Origin: an uncultured Candidatus Saccharibacteria bacterium
GTDB lineage: Bacteria; Patescibacteriota; Doudnabacteria; UBA920
DNA length: 64,000 bases
NCBI GenBank assembly: GCA_964532425.1
Contig: CAZHIA010000003.1
Span: 117,365-181,364 of the forward strand
Reading direction: 5' to 3'
Shown: one piece after another, positions 36,301-45,632 of the stretch
Numbering within the stretch: the first letter of the stretch is position 1
Layout of the letters: the number at the start of each line of letters is the position of its first letter
Notes under the pieces: generated by a model
Told to the model about the DNA's origin: nothing
Database searches by the model: none
Seen by the model: only the letters and a program-made list of their open reading frames with translations
Program-made: the position numbers and the translations under genes

Positions 36301-37827
36301 ATGCTATTTTACGTTGATAATCTCTTAAACCGAATTACCATGTACCGCCTTGTGCTGTACTATCTCATATTCCTGCTGGCCGCTGCCATGGTCCTGGGTT
36401 TTTTTGGCATACTCCCCTACAACCCGATTTCCATTCTCTCTTCGACGCTCGTCCTCGTAGCAGCCGGCTGGATCAGCAACCGGATCATCGCCGCTATCTT
36501 GAACGTACCAACCAATATAGAATCCTCCTACATAACCGCTCTGATTCTCGCACTTATTATCACACCCCCGCAGACCCACCTTCCCGCTGTCTCGCTTCCA
36601 TTCCTGCTCTGGGCTTCGGTCTGGGCCAATGCTTCCAAATATATCATCAACTTCAAAAACAAGCACATCTTTAACCCGGCCGCGTTTGCGGTAGCACTGA
36701 CTGCCCTGACCTTGAACCAAAGCGCAAGCTGGTGGGTTGGCACCGCTGTCATGCTGCCGTTTACACTGATCGGCGGCATCCTCATGATCCGCAAAGTCAG
36801 GCGCTGGGATGCGGTCATAGGATTTATAGCTGCAGCCGTCTTGACTATGCTCGTTCTAACTATTGGTCACGGTAGTATTGTCGTCACTATGCAACGCGCC
36901 ATTCTCGCTTCACCACTGGTCTTCTTTGCCGCAGTTATGCTGACCGAGCCGCTGACCATGCCGCCAACACGCGACGGGCGCATTGCGTATGGTATTCTGG
37001 TCGGTTGGCTGTTTGCGCCGCAGACGCATATCGCCAGCCTGTCCTTTACACCGGAACTGGCTTTACTGGCCGGTAATATTTTTTCCTACGCCATTAGCCC
37101 GAAGGAGCGCTATACCCTCAAGCTGAAAGAAATACAACAGTCTGCGGCCGGCGTGCTCGACTTCGTCTTCTCAACTCCCCGCCAGCTGCAATTCGCGCCG
37201 GGCCAATATATGGAATGGACGCTTGGCCATAACCGGCCGGACAACCGCGGCAATAGGCGATACTTAACCATTGCCTCTTCCCCCACCGAGCAGGACGTAC
37301 GTATTGGCGTAAAATTCTACGAGAATCCCAGCAGCTTTAAACAGAGGCTGGCAAAGCTTAAACCCGGCGATGAGATCATTGCCTCCCAGCTAGCAGGCGA
37401 CTTTGTCCTTCCGGAAGACCAAAAGGAAAAGCTGGTCTTCATCGCAGGAGGCATTGGGGTCACCCCGTTCCGAAGCATGATCAAAGATTTGCTAGACAGA
37501 AAGGAGCAGCGGGACATTGTCGTCTTCTATTCCAACAGGACAGCTGACGAGATTGCGTATACCGATGTGTTCGATGAGGCCAGCCGGCAGCTTGGCATCA
37601 AGACCGTATATACCCTGACTGACCGGAACAGCATTCCTGCAGGCTGGCACGGCGATATTGGTTACTTTACTTCTGAAAAAATAATCCGCCATGTGCCTGA
37701 CTATACGGAACGCACCTTCTACATTTCCGGCTCGCACATTATGGTGGAAGCATTCAAAGAACAACTGCTCGCTATGGGAGTTGGCAGGACGAAAATAGTC
37801 ACTGACTTCTTCCCCGGACTGGCATAA
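36301..37827 (+). CDS. Fusion of an RnfD/NqrB-like polytopic membrane domain with a C-terminal ferredoxin-NADP-reductase-like FAD/NAD(P)-binding domain.
   Basis: HIFNPAAF and MLTEPLTMPPTR (RnfD/NqrB-like); RRYLTIASSP (RxYS FAD motif) and FIAGGIGVTPF (NAD motif). Confidence 0.6.
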   Translation: MLFYVDNLLNRITMYRLVLYYLIFLLAAAMVLGFFGILPYNPISILSSTLVLVAAGWISNRIIAAILNVPTNIESSYITALILALIITPPQTHLPAVSLPFLLWASVWANASKYIINFKNKHIFNPAAFAVALTALTLNQSASWWVGTAVMLPFTLIGGILMIRKVRRWDAVIGFIAAAVLTMLVLTIGHGSIVVTMQRAILASPLVFFAAVMLTEPLTMPPTRDGRIAYGILVGWLFAPQTHIASLSFTPELALLAGNIFSYAISPKERYTLKLKEIQQSAAGVLDFVFSTPRQLQFAPGQYMEWTLGHNRPDNRGNRRYLTIASSPTEQDVRIGVKFYENPSSFKQRLAKLKPGDEIIASQLAGDFVLPEDQKEKLVFIAGGIGVTPFRSMIKDLLDRKEQRDIVVFYSNRTADEIAYTDVFDEASRQLGIKTVYTLTDRNSIPAGWHGDIGYFTSEKIIRHVPDYTERTFYISGSHIMVEAFKEQLLAMGVGRTKIVTDFFPGLA

Positions 37828-37830
37828 CAA

Positions 37831-37958
37831 ACACAACATTTAACCATTAACAATTAACATTTGACTGTAGTCGCCTCATCGGCGACCGCCGATAGGGTGG
37901 GAGGAGACCCTTGGTCTTCCCTATCCGGTCAAATGTCACATGTCAAAGGTCAAAGGTA
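37831..37958. repeat. Inverted heptamer-array element: ttaacaa/ttaacat 7-mers, a 60-bp spacer with a hairpin, then gtcaaat gtcacat gtcaaag gtcaaag.
   Basis: Same architecture as 57771-57837 and 63495-63558. Confidence 0.6.
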
Positions 37959-37967
37959 TATTTATCT

Positions 37968-38210
37968 ATGTATCATTATGGTTTCCCCTGGTTTGGGTTC
38001 GGAGGATTATTAGGCATGATACTCTTCTGGGTGTTCGTCGTTATTCTTATCGCCTGGGTTGTCCGCAGGCCATATCATTACTCCGGTCCGTCTGCTGGGC
38101 CCAACCCGCAATCCAGCCGTAGCGCGCTGGACGTTTTGAACGAGCGCTACGCCAAAGGCGAGATCAACAAACAAGAATATGACCAAAAGAAAAAAGACAT
38201 TATGGCATAA
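37968..38210 (+). CDS. SHOCT-domain small membrane protein.
   Basis: TM helix plus the C-terminal ALDVLNERYAKGEINKQEYDQKKKDIMA (SHOCT). Confidence 0.6.
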   Translation: MYHYGFPWFGFGGLLGMILFWVFVVILIAWVVRRPYHYSGPSAGPNPQSSRSALDVLNERYAKGEINKQEYDQKKKDIMA

Positions 38211-38269
38211 GCCAAGATCAAAAACTTTGATATTTACTTTCGTGATATAATGGAAGTAATCAAACTTCC

Positions 38270-38452
38270 ATGATTCGACTTTTTAAATTGACTTTGTATC
38301 TGCTCTTAGCAGCCGCAGCCCTGTTTTTGTACTGGTTCCTGCCTAAGTACTCGTTTATCAGCAAAAATCCGGGATACTGCGTCAAACTCAGCCAACACTT
38401 GTTCTATTGCGGCAACGACAGCAGGCTGGACAAGATGTTCAACGCTAAATAG
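38270..38452 (+). CDS. Small hypothetical membrane protein (60 aa).
   Basis: ORF only. Confidence 0.3.
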   Translation: MIRLFKLTLYLLLAAAALFLYWFLPKYSFISKNPGYCVKLSQHLFYCGNDSRLDKMFNAK

Positions 38453-38517
38453 GCATGGGATTTGACATTCGGCGAGATGCTTCGTATAATAAAGTAAATC
38501 ATCTCATTTGAAACAAA

Positions 38518-39126
38518 ATGGATAGAAAAATATCTCCCCAATCGAAAAGTTTTATAGTGCTTTTCAGCGTGGCGGTGGTGGGAACTGTCGTGTGCGCCGG
38601 ACTGGCCAGATACCTGACCATCAGGTACCAGGACGATGGGTATACTTTGTATCCGTATCCTCCAAAGTACCTGGTAAACAAACCTATGGTTAAGCAGCCG
38701 CCCACCACCCCGCCTCCCCCACAAAGCGAACCGGTAGTGCCTACCGTAGATACTTCCGACTGGAAAGTGTACACCGCCTCCAAATACAATTTTCAATTCC
38801 GATACGATCCCAGCTGGAATATCAAAAACGGCGGAAAAAAGGATGGGTACGATATCTTAGAGGTCGACCCGGGCAAAAAGTACTACAATTTCAAAATCTA
38901 TGTCAGCCCCACGGATTACTATATTGTTGACGGGCTCCCGGCAACCGACCAGACCATCGGCGGCAAGCAAGCGAAAAACATCCAGAACATGCTGTATGCC
39001 ATCCAAGATGACAACCTTCGCCTGACCTTTGACCTCGGCATGTCGTTGAGCCTGCGGCCGCAGTTCAAAGCCATGGTGGAATCCTTGAAGTTCACAGACT
39101 CCGCTCAGGCAAAAGGCGTCCAGTAA
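38518..39126 (+). CDS. Hypothetical membrane-anchored, Pro-rich protein.
   Basis: N-terminal TM helix, PPTTPPPPQSEP linker; terminator at 39141-39166. Confidence 0.5.
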   Translation: MDRKISPQSKSFIVLFSVAVVGTVVCAGLARYLTIRYQDDGYTLYPYPPKYLVNKPMVKQPPTTPPPPQSEPVVPTVDTSDWKVYTASKYNFQFRYDPSWNIKNGGKKDGYDILEVDPGKKYYNFKIYVSPTDYYIVDGLPATDQTIGGKQAKNIQNMLYAIQDDNLRLTFDLGMSLSLRPQFKAMVESLKFTDSAQAKGVQ

Positions 39127-39140
39127 CCCCGACATCATAA

Positions 39141-39166
39141 AACCCCGCGTGTGCGGGGTTTTCTTA
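39141..39166 (+). terminator. Rho-independent terminator aaccccgcg-tg-tgcggggtt + TTCTTATT.
   Basis: Seen directly in the sequence. Confidence 0.75.
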
Positions 39167-39531
39167 TTGGCTGATTTATGTGCCGTGTGATCTGAACCCT
39201 ACAACGACTCCCCAAAAACCCAAAATCAGGCTGAGTACCAGGTATTTGTCGGCCAGATCGAAACTCTGGCGGAAAGCGAACCCAACGACACCGAACAAGA
39301 ACAAGACCGAACCGGTAACGAGCGCGTATGAGCGGTGGCTATTTAAAAACATGTAATTTTTACTGCTTTTTCGACCTAGGCCGAAAAAGGTTGAAAAAAT
39401 TGTTAAAACCCGTATAATTATAGCAGCTTAAACCTCCTAAGGAAAGCACCGGAAAAGCTTTCCGAGGGACAAAGAGATATCACTAAATCCTTAATTGGAT
39501 ACGGCTATTGTGCCGTTATCCACACCAACCT

Positions 39532-41541
39532 ATGACCGAAAACTCTTTGCTCGTTGCTGCCCTCGTGGCCAGCCTGATAGCCCTGCTCTATGGGGTCTTT
39601 TTAATTTTTAAAATCCTCCGCCAGCCGCAAGGTTCGGGCAAGATGCTCGAAATTGCCAAAGCCGTCCAAGACGGAGCCAAGGCCTACCTGAACCGCCAGT
39701 ACCGCACCGTCGGCATTGTCGCGGTCGTCATTGTCCTCCTGATGTGGATCGCGCACTTTTCCGGCCATACGATCGTCGGGTTCATTATTGGCGCCGTGCT
39801 CTCCGCGGTTGCCGGATTCATTGGCATGAATATTTCCGTACGCGCCAATGTCCGCACCGCTGAAGCGGCTAAAAAAGGATTATCCGCCGCATTGTCTTTG
39901 GCTTTTGAAGGCGGCACTGTCACCGGCTTGTTCGTTGCCGGGCTCGGACTGCTCTCTGTGACCGTCTTTTACATGACCACCCGTGACCTGCCCGCACTGG
40001 CAGGATTAGCCTTCGGTGCTTCTTTGATCTCCGTTTTTGCCAGACTCGGCGGTGGCATCTTCACTAAAGGTGCTGACGTCGGTACCGACATGGTTGGCAA
40101 GGTCGAAGCTTCCATTCCGGAAGACGATCCGCGCAATCCGGGCGTCATTGCCGATAACGTCGGCGATAACGTCGGTGACTGCGCCGGCATGGCCGCGGAC
40201 CTGTTTGAAACCTATGTTGTGTCCGCTGTCGCCGTTATTTTGCTCGGCAACGTAGTCTTCCCTGGTTTCCTGAATGCCATCTTGTTCCCACTGCTCATCG
40301 GCGCGGCTTCTATTATTACCACCATCATCGGCACCTGGTTTGTCCGCCTGGGCAAGAGCAAGAACATCATGGGCGCCATGTACAAAGGCTTTGCCGTGAC
40401 TGGCGTACTCTCTGCCATAGTCTTCTACCCCCTGACCCAGAAACTCATGGCCGACAACCCGGGCAACATCAGCTGGCAGAATCTCTTCTATTCCTCTTTG
40501 ATCGGTCTTGTCGTCACCGGCCTTATAGTTCTGATCACCGAATTCTACACTTCCAAGTCCTTTAAGCCGGTGCGCGATATTGCCGCAGCTTCCACCACCG
40601 GACATGGTACCAACATCATCAAAGGGCTCGCCGTGGGCATGCAGTCCACCGCCTTACCGGTCATTGTCATCGTCATTGCCATTCTGGCAGCATACAAGCT
40701 AGCCGGATTATATGGCATTGCTTTGTCGGTTATGAGCATGCTTTCCCTGACCGGCATTGTCGTGGCCATTGATGCTTTCGGTCCCATCACTGACAACGCG
40801 GGCGGGATTGCCGAAATGGCTGAACTGGATAAGAGCGTGCGCGATGTGACCGACCCGCTCGATGCGGTCGGCAACACCACCAAAGCCGTCACCAAGGGCT
40901 ATGCCATCGCTTCGGCAGGACTTGCTGCCATGGTACTGTTTGCAGCATACACTCAGGAACTTGCAGCCAATAATATTTCCACTGTCTTCGATCTTTCCAA
41001 TAGCAAAGTCCTGGTTGGATTGCTCATTGGCGGACTGCTCCCCTACTTATTCGCTTCGATTGCCATGTCCGCCGTCGGAAATGCAGCCAAGGCTGTCGTT
41101 GAAGAAGTCCGCCGCCAGTTCCGCGAAATAAAGGGTATTATGGAAGGCACTGCCAAACCGGATTACTCCCGTGCGGTTGACATTGTAACCAAAGCTGCCA
41201 TTAAAGAAATGATCATTCCGGCTCTCATTCCGGTCATCATTCCCATCCTGGTCGGCTGGCTGCTTGGCGCTGCTGCCTTGGGCGGTTTGCTCGTCGGTAC
41301 TATCGTCACCGGACTGTTCGTGGGTATTTCCATGACCACCGGCGGCGCAGCCTGGGACAATGCCAAGAAGTATATTGAAGAAGGCCAGTTTGGCGGCAAA
41401 GGTTCGGACGCTCACAAGGCAGCCGTGACCGGCGACACCGTCGGCGACCCGTACAAGGATACTGCCGGCCCCGCGATTAATCCTATGATTAAAATTATCA
41501 ATATAGTCGCTCTCTTGCTAGTCAAATTCTTAAAGGGCTAA
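39532..41541 (+). CDS. hppA: Membrane-bound proton/sodium-translocating pyrophosphatase (V-type H+-PPase).
   Basis: [40 protein letters not shown] and [11 protein letters not shown] signature blocks; about 16 TM helices. Confidence 0.92.
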   Translation: MTENSLLVAALVASLIALLYGVFLIFKILRQPQGSGKMLEIAKAVQDGAKAYLNRQYRTVGIVAVVIVLLMWIAHFSGHTIVGFIIGAVLSAVAGFIGMNISVRANVRTAEAAKKGLSAALSLAFEGGTVTGLFVAGLGLLSVTVFYMTTRDLPALAGLAFGASLISVFARLGGGIFTKGADVGTDMVGKVEASIPEDDPRNPGVIADNVGDNVGDCAGMAADLFETYVVSAVAVILLGNVVFPGFLNAILFPLLIGAASIITTIIGTWFVRLGKSKNIMGAMYKGFAVTGVLSAIVFYPLTQKLMADNPGNISWQNLFYSSLIGLVVTGLIVLITEFYTSKSFKPVRDIAAASTTGHGTNIIKGLAVGMQSTALPVIVIVIAILAAYKLAGLYGIALSVMSMLSLTGIVVAIDAFGPITDNAGGIAEMAELDKSVRDVTDPLDAVGNTTKAVTKGYAIASAGLAAMVLFAAYTQELAANNISTVFDLSNSKVLVGLLIGGLLPYLFASIAMSAVGNAAKAVVEEVRRQFREIKGIMEGTAKPDYSRAVDIVTKAAIKEMIIPALIPVIIPILVGWLLGAAALGGLLVGTIVTGLFVGISMTTGGAAWDNAKKYIEEGQFGGKGSDAHKAAVTGDTVGDPYKDTAGPAINPMIKIINIVALLLVKFLKG

Positions 41542-41547
41542 ATCACT

Positions 41548-41636
41548 GTGCCCTGCACCGGAGTCCGCCTGAGGCGGATGACTGGTACAGGGTCAACATT
41601 GTAGCTCTGCTCCTCGTCAAATTCCTGAAAGGCTAA
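41548..41636. repeat. REP-like palindrome followed by a diverged duplicate of the last roughly 45 nt of hppA.
   Basis: ccctgcaccggagtccgcctgaggcggatgactggtacaggg, then aacattgtagctctgctcctcgtcaaattcctgaaaggctaa (compare the gene end aatatagtcgctctcttgctagtcaaattcttaaagggctaa). Confidence 0.65.
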
Positions 41637-41647
41637 TGAGAAAGTTA

Positions 41648-41680
41648 AAACGTCCGTGCGATATCGCACGGACGTTTTTG
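41648..41680. terminator. Terminator hairpin aacgtccgtgcgatatcgcacggacgtt + TTTTG.
   Basis: Seen directly in the sequence. Confidence 0.75.
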
Positions 41681-41694
41681 ATTATCTCCCTGTC

Positions 41695-42228
41695 TTACAT
41701 ATGGGAATGAAGTGTCAGGCGGTCCAGCTCCCAACCGGTGTCAAATCCCTGTTGGTTCTCCACGCGCGGAAACAGGTCCCGCGCGGTGGCGTGCCGATAC
41801 AACAGCTCCTCCACGCCCAGCGGCTTGGCAATGCCGTACTGCCGCAGATCGTAACCTGACCTGCGCTGCGCATAAAAGAATCTTTTGTACGCCACCTGTG
41901 CTGCTTCGAATGGTAATTTCGGATCGCGTAGCAGTTCCAGCTGCCTGCCTGCTTCACGATGGTATGCATTACGGATCAACTGCGCATTCCCAGGCTCGTT
42001 TGCGGTGCAAACCGGGAACAAGCTTCCCAGCCTGTCACAAATTCGCAGCAACTGCTTATAACAGTCTTCCGCCTCGCTGCCGCTTTGCTGCCATTGCAGT
42101 TCGGCTTGCTTTACCAACGCTTCATTGAGCTGCTGATTTTCCGCCACCAGCCATCGTTCGTCTTGTGACGCACTGCAGGCTGCAAGCAGCAGTATAGAAA
42201 CCGCAACAAGCAACACCCCATATTTCAT
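41695..42228 (-). CDS. Hypothetical lipoprotein.
   Basis: Signal peptide with lipobox LLAAC; SD GGGAGGAAC. Confidence 0.55.
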   Translation of the reverse strand: MKYGVLLVAVSILLLAACSASQDERWLVAENQQLNEALVKQAELQWQQSGSEAEDCYKQLLRICDRLGSLFPVCTANEPGNAQLIRNAYHREAGRQLELLRDPKLPFEAAQVAYKRFFYAQRRSGYDLRQYGIAKPLGVEELLYRHATARDLFPRVENQQGFDTGWELDRLTLHSHM

Positions 42229-42320
42229 ATTGTTCCTCCCTTACCAACTTCGGCCGATTTCGCTTTCACAGTAAAGTAAAACACCTGCTTCGTCAACAAC
42301 CTCGTACGAGTTGTTTAAAG

Positions 42321-42354
42321 ACGTTAATCGTTCGCGGCCGCGAACGATTAACGT
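42321..42354. promoter_or_regulatory. Perfect 34-bp palindrome acgttaatcgttcgcggccgcgaacgattaacgt.
   Basis: Seen in the sequence; lies in the promoter region of the lipoprotein gene. Confidence 0.5.
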
Positions 42355-42384
42355 TAACTGGCTCTGCTAGCAATACTACAAAAA

Positions 42385-42412
42385 TAGTCCAATAGTTTAG
42401 ACTATTGGACTA
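42385..42412. promoter_or_regulatory. Palindrome tagtccaatagt-ttag-actattggacta (12-bp arms).
   Basis: Seen directly in the sequence. Confidence 0.5.
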
Positions 42413-42482
42413 TTCGCGAATTAAAAAATTCCGGAACTACAAGCAGTTCCGGAGGGCGACGAATCGCCAAGGCACTCTCATA

Positions 42483-43236
42483 CTACACGGCCATGGCCTT
42501 TTCTATACCGGTAATCTCCCGGTATTTCTCAGGCATCCACTCCGGCAACGTTTTCATGCCAGGGCCATAGACATATTCGAGCTGTTCGGGCCAGCTCGAA
42601 CCGAGTCGGCGCACCGCGTCCTCGCCTTCGAAGAACCGGTCAAGATGCGGGACGAAAAGATCTTCCCGCTTTACAGGTGAGCAGAACTTCACAAGCTCAT
42701 CGAACCCCGAATACGAACCCGAAGTGTTTTGTTCACTAAGCTTGGTTCCCTTGCGGGTGTACACGCCTCCCCGTACCGGTTTAATGAGCGAGCCCTGTTT
42801 TAAGAGACCATCCCTCACTTTCCTTTTGTGAAGTTCTACGGCTTGTTTCATCCCCTCTTCATTGAGCATGACGATGACGCTCTTGTACTCGTTCCAGAAT
42901 ACGATAGGAGGTGTCCAGGACTCACGAAGCCTTCGCGATTCTTCCGCATGCTGCTCAAGCCGTCTCTGATTCTCGCGGCGTTGTCGTCTCCGACGAACAG
43001 CCTTTACCGGCATCCCAACGAACAGATCCAAAAGCATCAGACCGCACAGTGACACCAACAAGGTGATGGCGAATTCCCGTTTGTGGTACCAGGTCGCCTT
43101 GAAAAAATTTACAGGCCGGCGAATTCCAGTGAGAACGCAGCTGGCATAGAAATAGGCAGAGCCCAAGTAAACGATCATCCCCACAATAGAGATGACTAAG
43201 TGGTTGACTACAAACGCCCACAGAGTGTGGAGCATA
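42483..43236 (-). CDS. Hypothetical membrane protein with an Arg-rich juxtamembrane segment.
   Basis: SD AAGGAGG before MLHTLWAF; two TM helices. Confidence 0.5.
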
Positions 43237-43472
43237 CCACCATCCTCCTTAAGGATAAATTTCCTCCCGCTCCCGCAAGCCGTCCCCGCCGAAAAGGTCA
43301 CGGTCAGGCTTTATTGGGTTTGGGTAGGAACAAATTAGCGACGTGCCAATTTGCCCTATATTAAAGCAGTTTTACCGGCATTTGTCCATACCCCGTAAAC
43401 TGACCTGGTAAATTCGAATAATCCACAAATAAGAAGAGACGGTCCGACAATGTCGGACCGTCTCATGATTGT

Positions 43473-44801
43473 TTACTGCTGCTTAACCGGCGTCAGCAGC
43501 TGCATACGCTTGGCCGCGTCGGCCTTGCCGAGTTTGGCGTAGAGTTTGGCGGCTTCGGCGTATTCTTTGCCCTGCTTTGCCCGCTCCGCCGCTTTCTCAA
43601 CCGCTTGGCGAATGCGCAGTTCGACTGCCTGCTTACCCAGTCCCTGCGCCTCGAGCCACCGCTGTGCCCCGTCCAAAATTTCCTGCTGGTACGCTGGGAA
43701 AACGGTTTTACCCGAGGCTTCGGAAAACTCGCCATAGTGATAGATCTGCAGATAGTGCCCGGCGGCCCTGCGGCTGCACGCTTGCATACCGGCTGGATCG
43801 TTCATGGCCTTGTACACCGCGTATGCTTTGTCATACGCCTCATCCATGAGACCGACCAGGGATGGCCCCTCGCTTTCATCACAGTGGTGATGGGTGATGG
43901 TTTGGTCCACTGACCGTAGCGTCCAAAAGCGGGTTTCTTCCCGGTTCCCGAGCGCCTGGTACAATTTGACCAAATTATTGACCCGGCCGTAAATGTCACT
44001 CGCACAATAATACGGACTCGGGTAATCATCATTCTGCAGGTACCGTTTTGTAAGGTCAAGCTTGTCGTCATGCACCACACGGTACTTGAGCTTGGAGATG
44101 AGACCTTCTAGCAGTGGCTGATAGATTGGGTCATGATTGCTCTTTTCCCAAAGATCTATCGTATGGTTGACCGCAGCGTTTTCCTGATGGTCATACGAAC
44201 CACGACGCATCAGAATAGCCAACCCAGTCTTTACATCCTCGAGGATCTCAGGGTGCTTGACCGCGAAATCACATAGTGTGTCGTATGCGGCAGCAACGTC
44301 CGGCTCCTGGCGATAGGCAACCTGATGGCCACGCCTGGAGTCTTCCTGCTCCCGTTGATACTCGGCCCAGTCTTCCAATGTTTCGTGGGCCCTTTGATAG
44401 AGAGCCTTTTCCTCAGCAGCTTCCCGCTCGGCTTGACGGACCTTTTCCCGTGCTTCGATCTCCGCAGTTGAAGGTGCCTCCACCTCGGCAGTAACCGGGA
44501 AAGTTTGGGCAGTTGGCTCCTGCTTATGACACGCTGACAGCAAGACAACGGCGGCAAGCAGACACGTTGTGAATACGCTGCGCAACCACCCCTTCAGCGA
44601 AGCCTTCAACAGATCATAGGCCATTCCGCCAAAAAAGGATTTGCACATCTGCATGAAAGCCCGTCGGCGCGTAGTATGATCAGCACTGGCAAGGAATTTC
44701 GGCCAGTCCCAATGATCATATCCAAGCTTCACCGCGATATGCGTGTAGACGCAAAAAAGGTATGCCGCAACAAACACCAAAAACCAAACATTATTAACCA
44801 C
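43473..44801 (-). CDS. Hypothetical membrane/lipoprotein-like protein (about 440 aa) with an acidic coiled-coil region.
   Basis: SD AGGAGG before a GTG start; TM helix plus an LLSAC lipobox-like segment. Confidence 0.45.
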   Translation of the reverse strand: MVNNVWFLVFVAAYLFCVYTHIAVKLGYDHWDWPKFLASADHTTRRRAFMQMCKSFFGGMAYDLLKASLKGWLRSVFTTCLLAAVVLLSACHKQEPTAQTFPVTAEVEAPSTAEIEAREKVRQAEREAAEEKALYQRAHETLEDWAEYQREQEDSRRGHQVAYRQEPDVAAAYDTLCDFAVKHPEILEDVKTGLAILMRRGSYDHQENAAVNHTIDLWEKSNHDPIYQPLLEGLISKLKYRVVHDDKLDLTKRYLQNDDYPSPYYCASDIYGRVNNLVKLYQALGNREETRFWTLRSVDQTITHHHCDESEGPSLVGLMDEAYDKAYAVYKAMNDPAGMQACSRRAAGHYLQIYHYGEFSEASGKTVFPAYQQEILDGAQRWLEAQGLGKQAVELRIRQAVEKAAERAKQGKEYAEAAKLYAKLGKADAAKRMQLLTPVKQQ

Positions 44802-44989
44802 AGTATCCTCCTGAGGGTTGTGATAAGCCGTATCTCGCGCGCAAACCAAAGATAGATGGTATGCGCAATTTCACGAACGGTTCACCAAACGATTTTTTTG
44901 AATCACTTGGCGGATGATTCACAAAATACCTCTTATTAAAGCACAATTTATACAATTTGTCAACAGCTAAAAATATGCATATAAAAAGG

Positions 44990-45012
44990 GACGGGCGGAT
45001 TGCCCGTCCCTG
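44990..45012 (-). terminator. Terminator hairpin gggacgggc-ggatt-gcccgtccc.
   Basis: Directly downstream of ppa. Confidence 0.7.
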
Positions 45013-45017
45013 AAATA

Positions 45018-45524
45018 TTATTTGCCGAATTCCAACGTCCTGAGGAGTTCTTTTACGGCTGCGGATTTGTCCTGAATGCCGGTCAAGGTGATATCACGGC
45101 TCCAGGCAACAGGCAGCTCTTTATAAAAAGCTTTGAGCTGCTCCATGTCCGCTTCCGGGATATCCCCCACGTCCTGCAAGTGTTCATACTTCTCCTCATG
45201 GAGAGGTACGGCTAGGATTTTGTGGTCGCTCCGGCCGCGATCAACCACCTCCAGCATGCCAATAGCCCGGCACTCTACCACTGTTCCGGTTGTAATCGGA
45301 TACGTGCTGAACACAAAGGCATCAAGCGGCGCGCCGTCATCTGCCACCGTCTTGGCAACATGGCCGTAGTTAAACGGAAAACGAAGCTCGCCATACAGGA
45401 CTTTATCTAATTTGATAGCATCCAGCTCGACATCATATTCGTATTTTTTCTGGCCACCCGCCGGTACTTCCACGATGACATTGAAGGCTTTCGGGTCACC
45501 AAACGGAACTTTTGCAAAAGGCAT
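45018..45524 (-). CDS. ppa: Family I inorganic pyrophosphatase.
   Basis: VIVEVPAGGQKKYEYD, DGAPLDAFV and HKILAVP blocks. Confidence 0.9.
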   Translation of the reverse strand: MPFAKVPFGDPKAFNVIVEVPAGGQKKYEYDVELDAIKLDKVLYGELRFPFNYGHVAKTVADDGAPLDAFVFSTYPITTGTVVECRAIGMLEVVDRGRSDHKILAVPLHEEKYEHLQDVGDIPEADMEQLKAFYKELPVAWSRDITLTGIQDKSAAVKELLRTLEFGK

Positions 45525-45632
45525 ACGGTAAGAATAATAATCTGAACAATTAAAAAGACGTCTGCTGCAGATGTCTATTATGGATTGTTCCGTAAATAAT
45601 TATAGCAAAAAACCGGTTATTTTTCAACCGGT

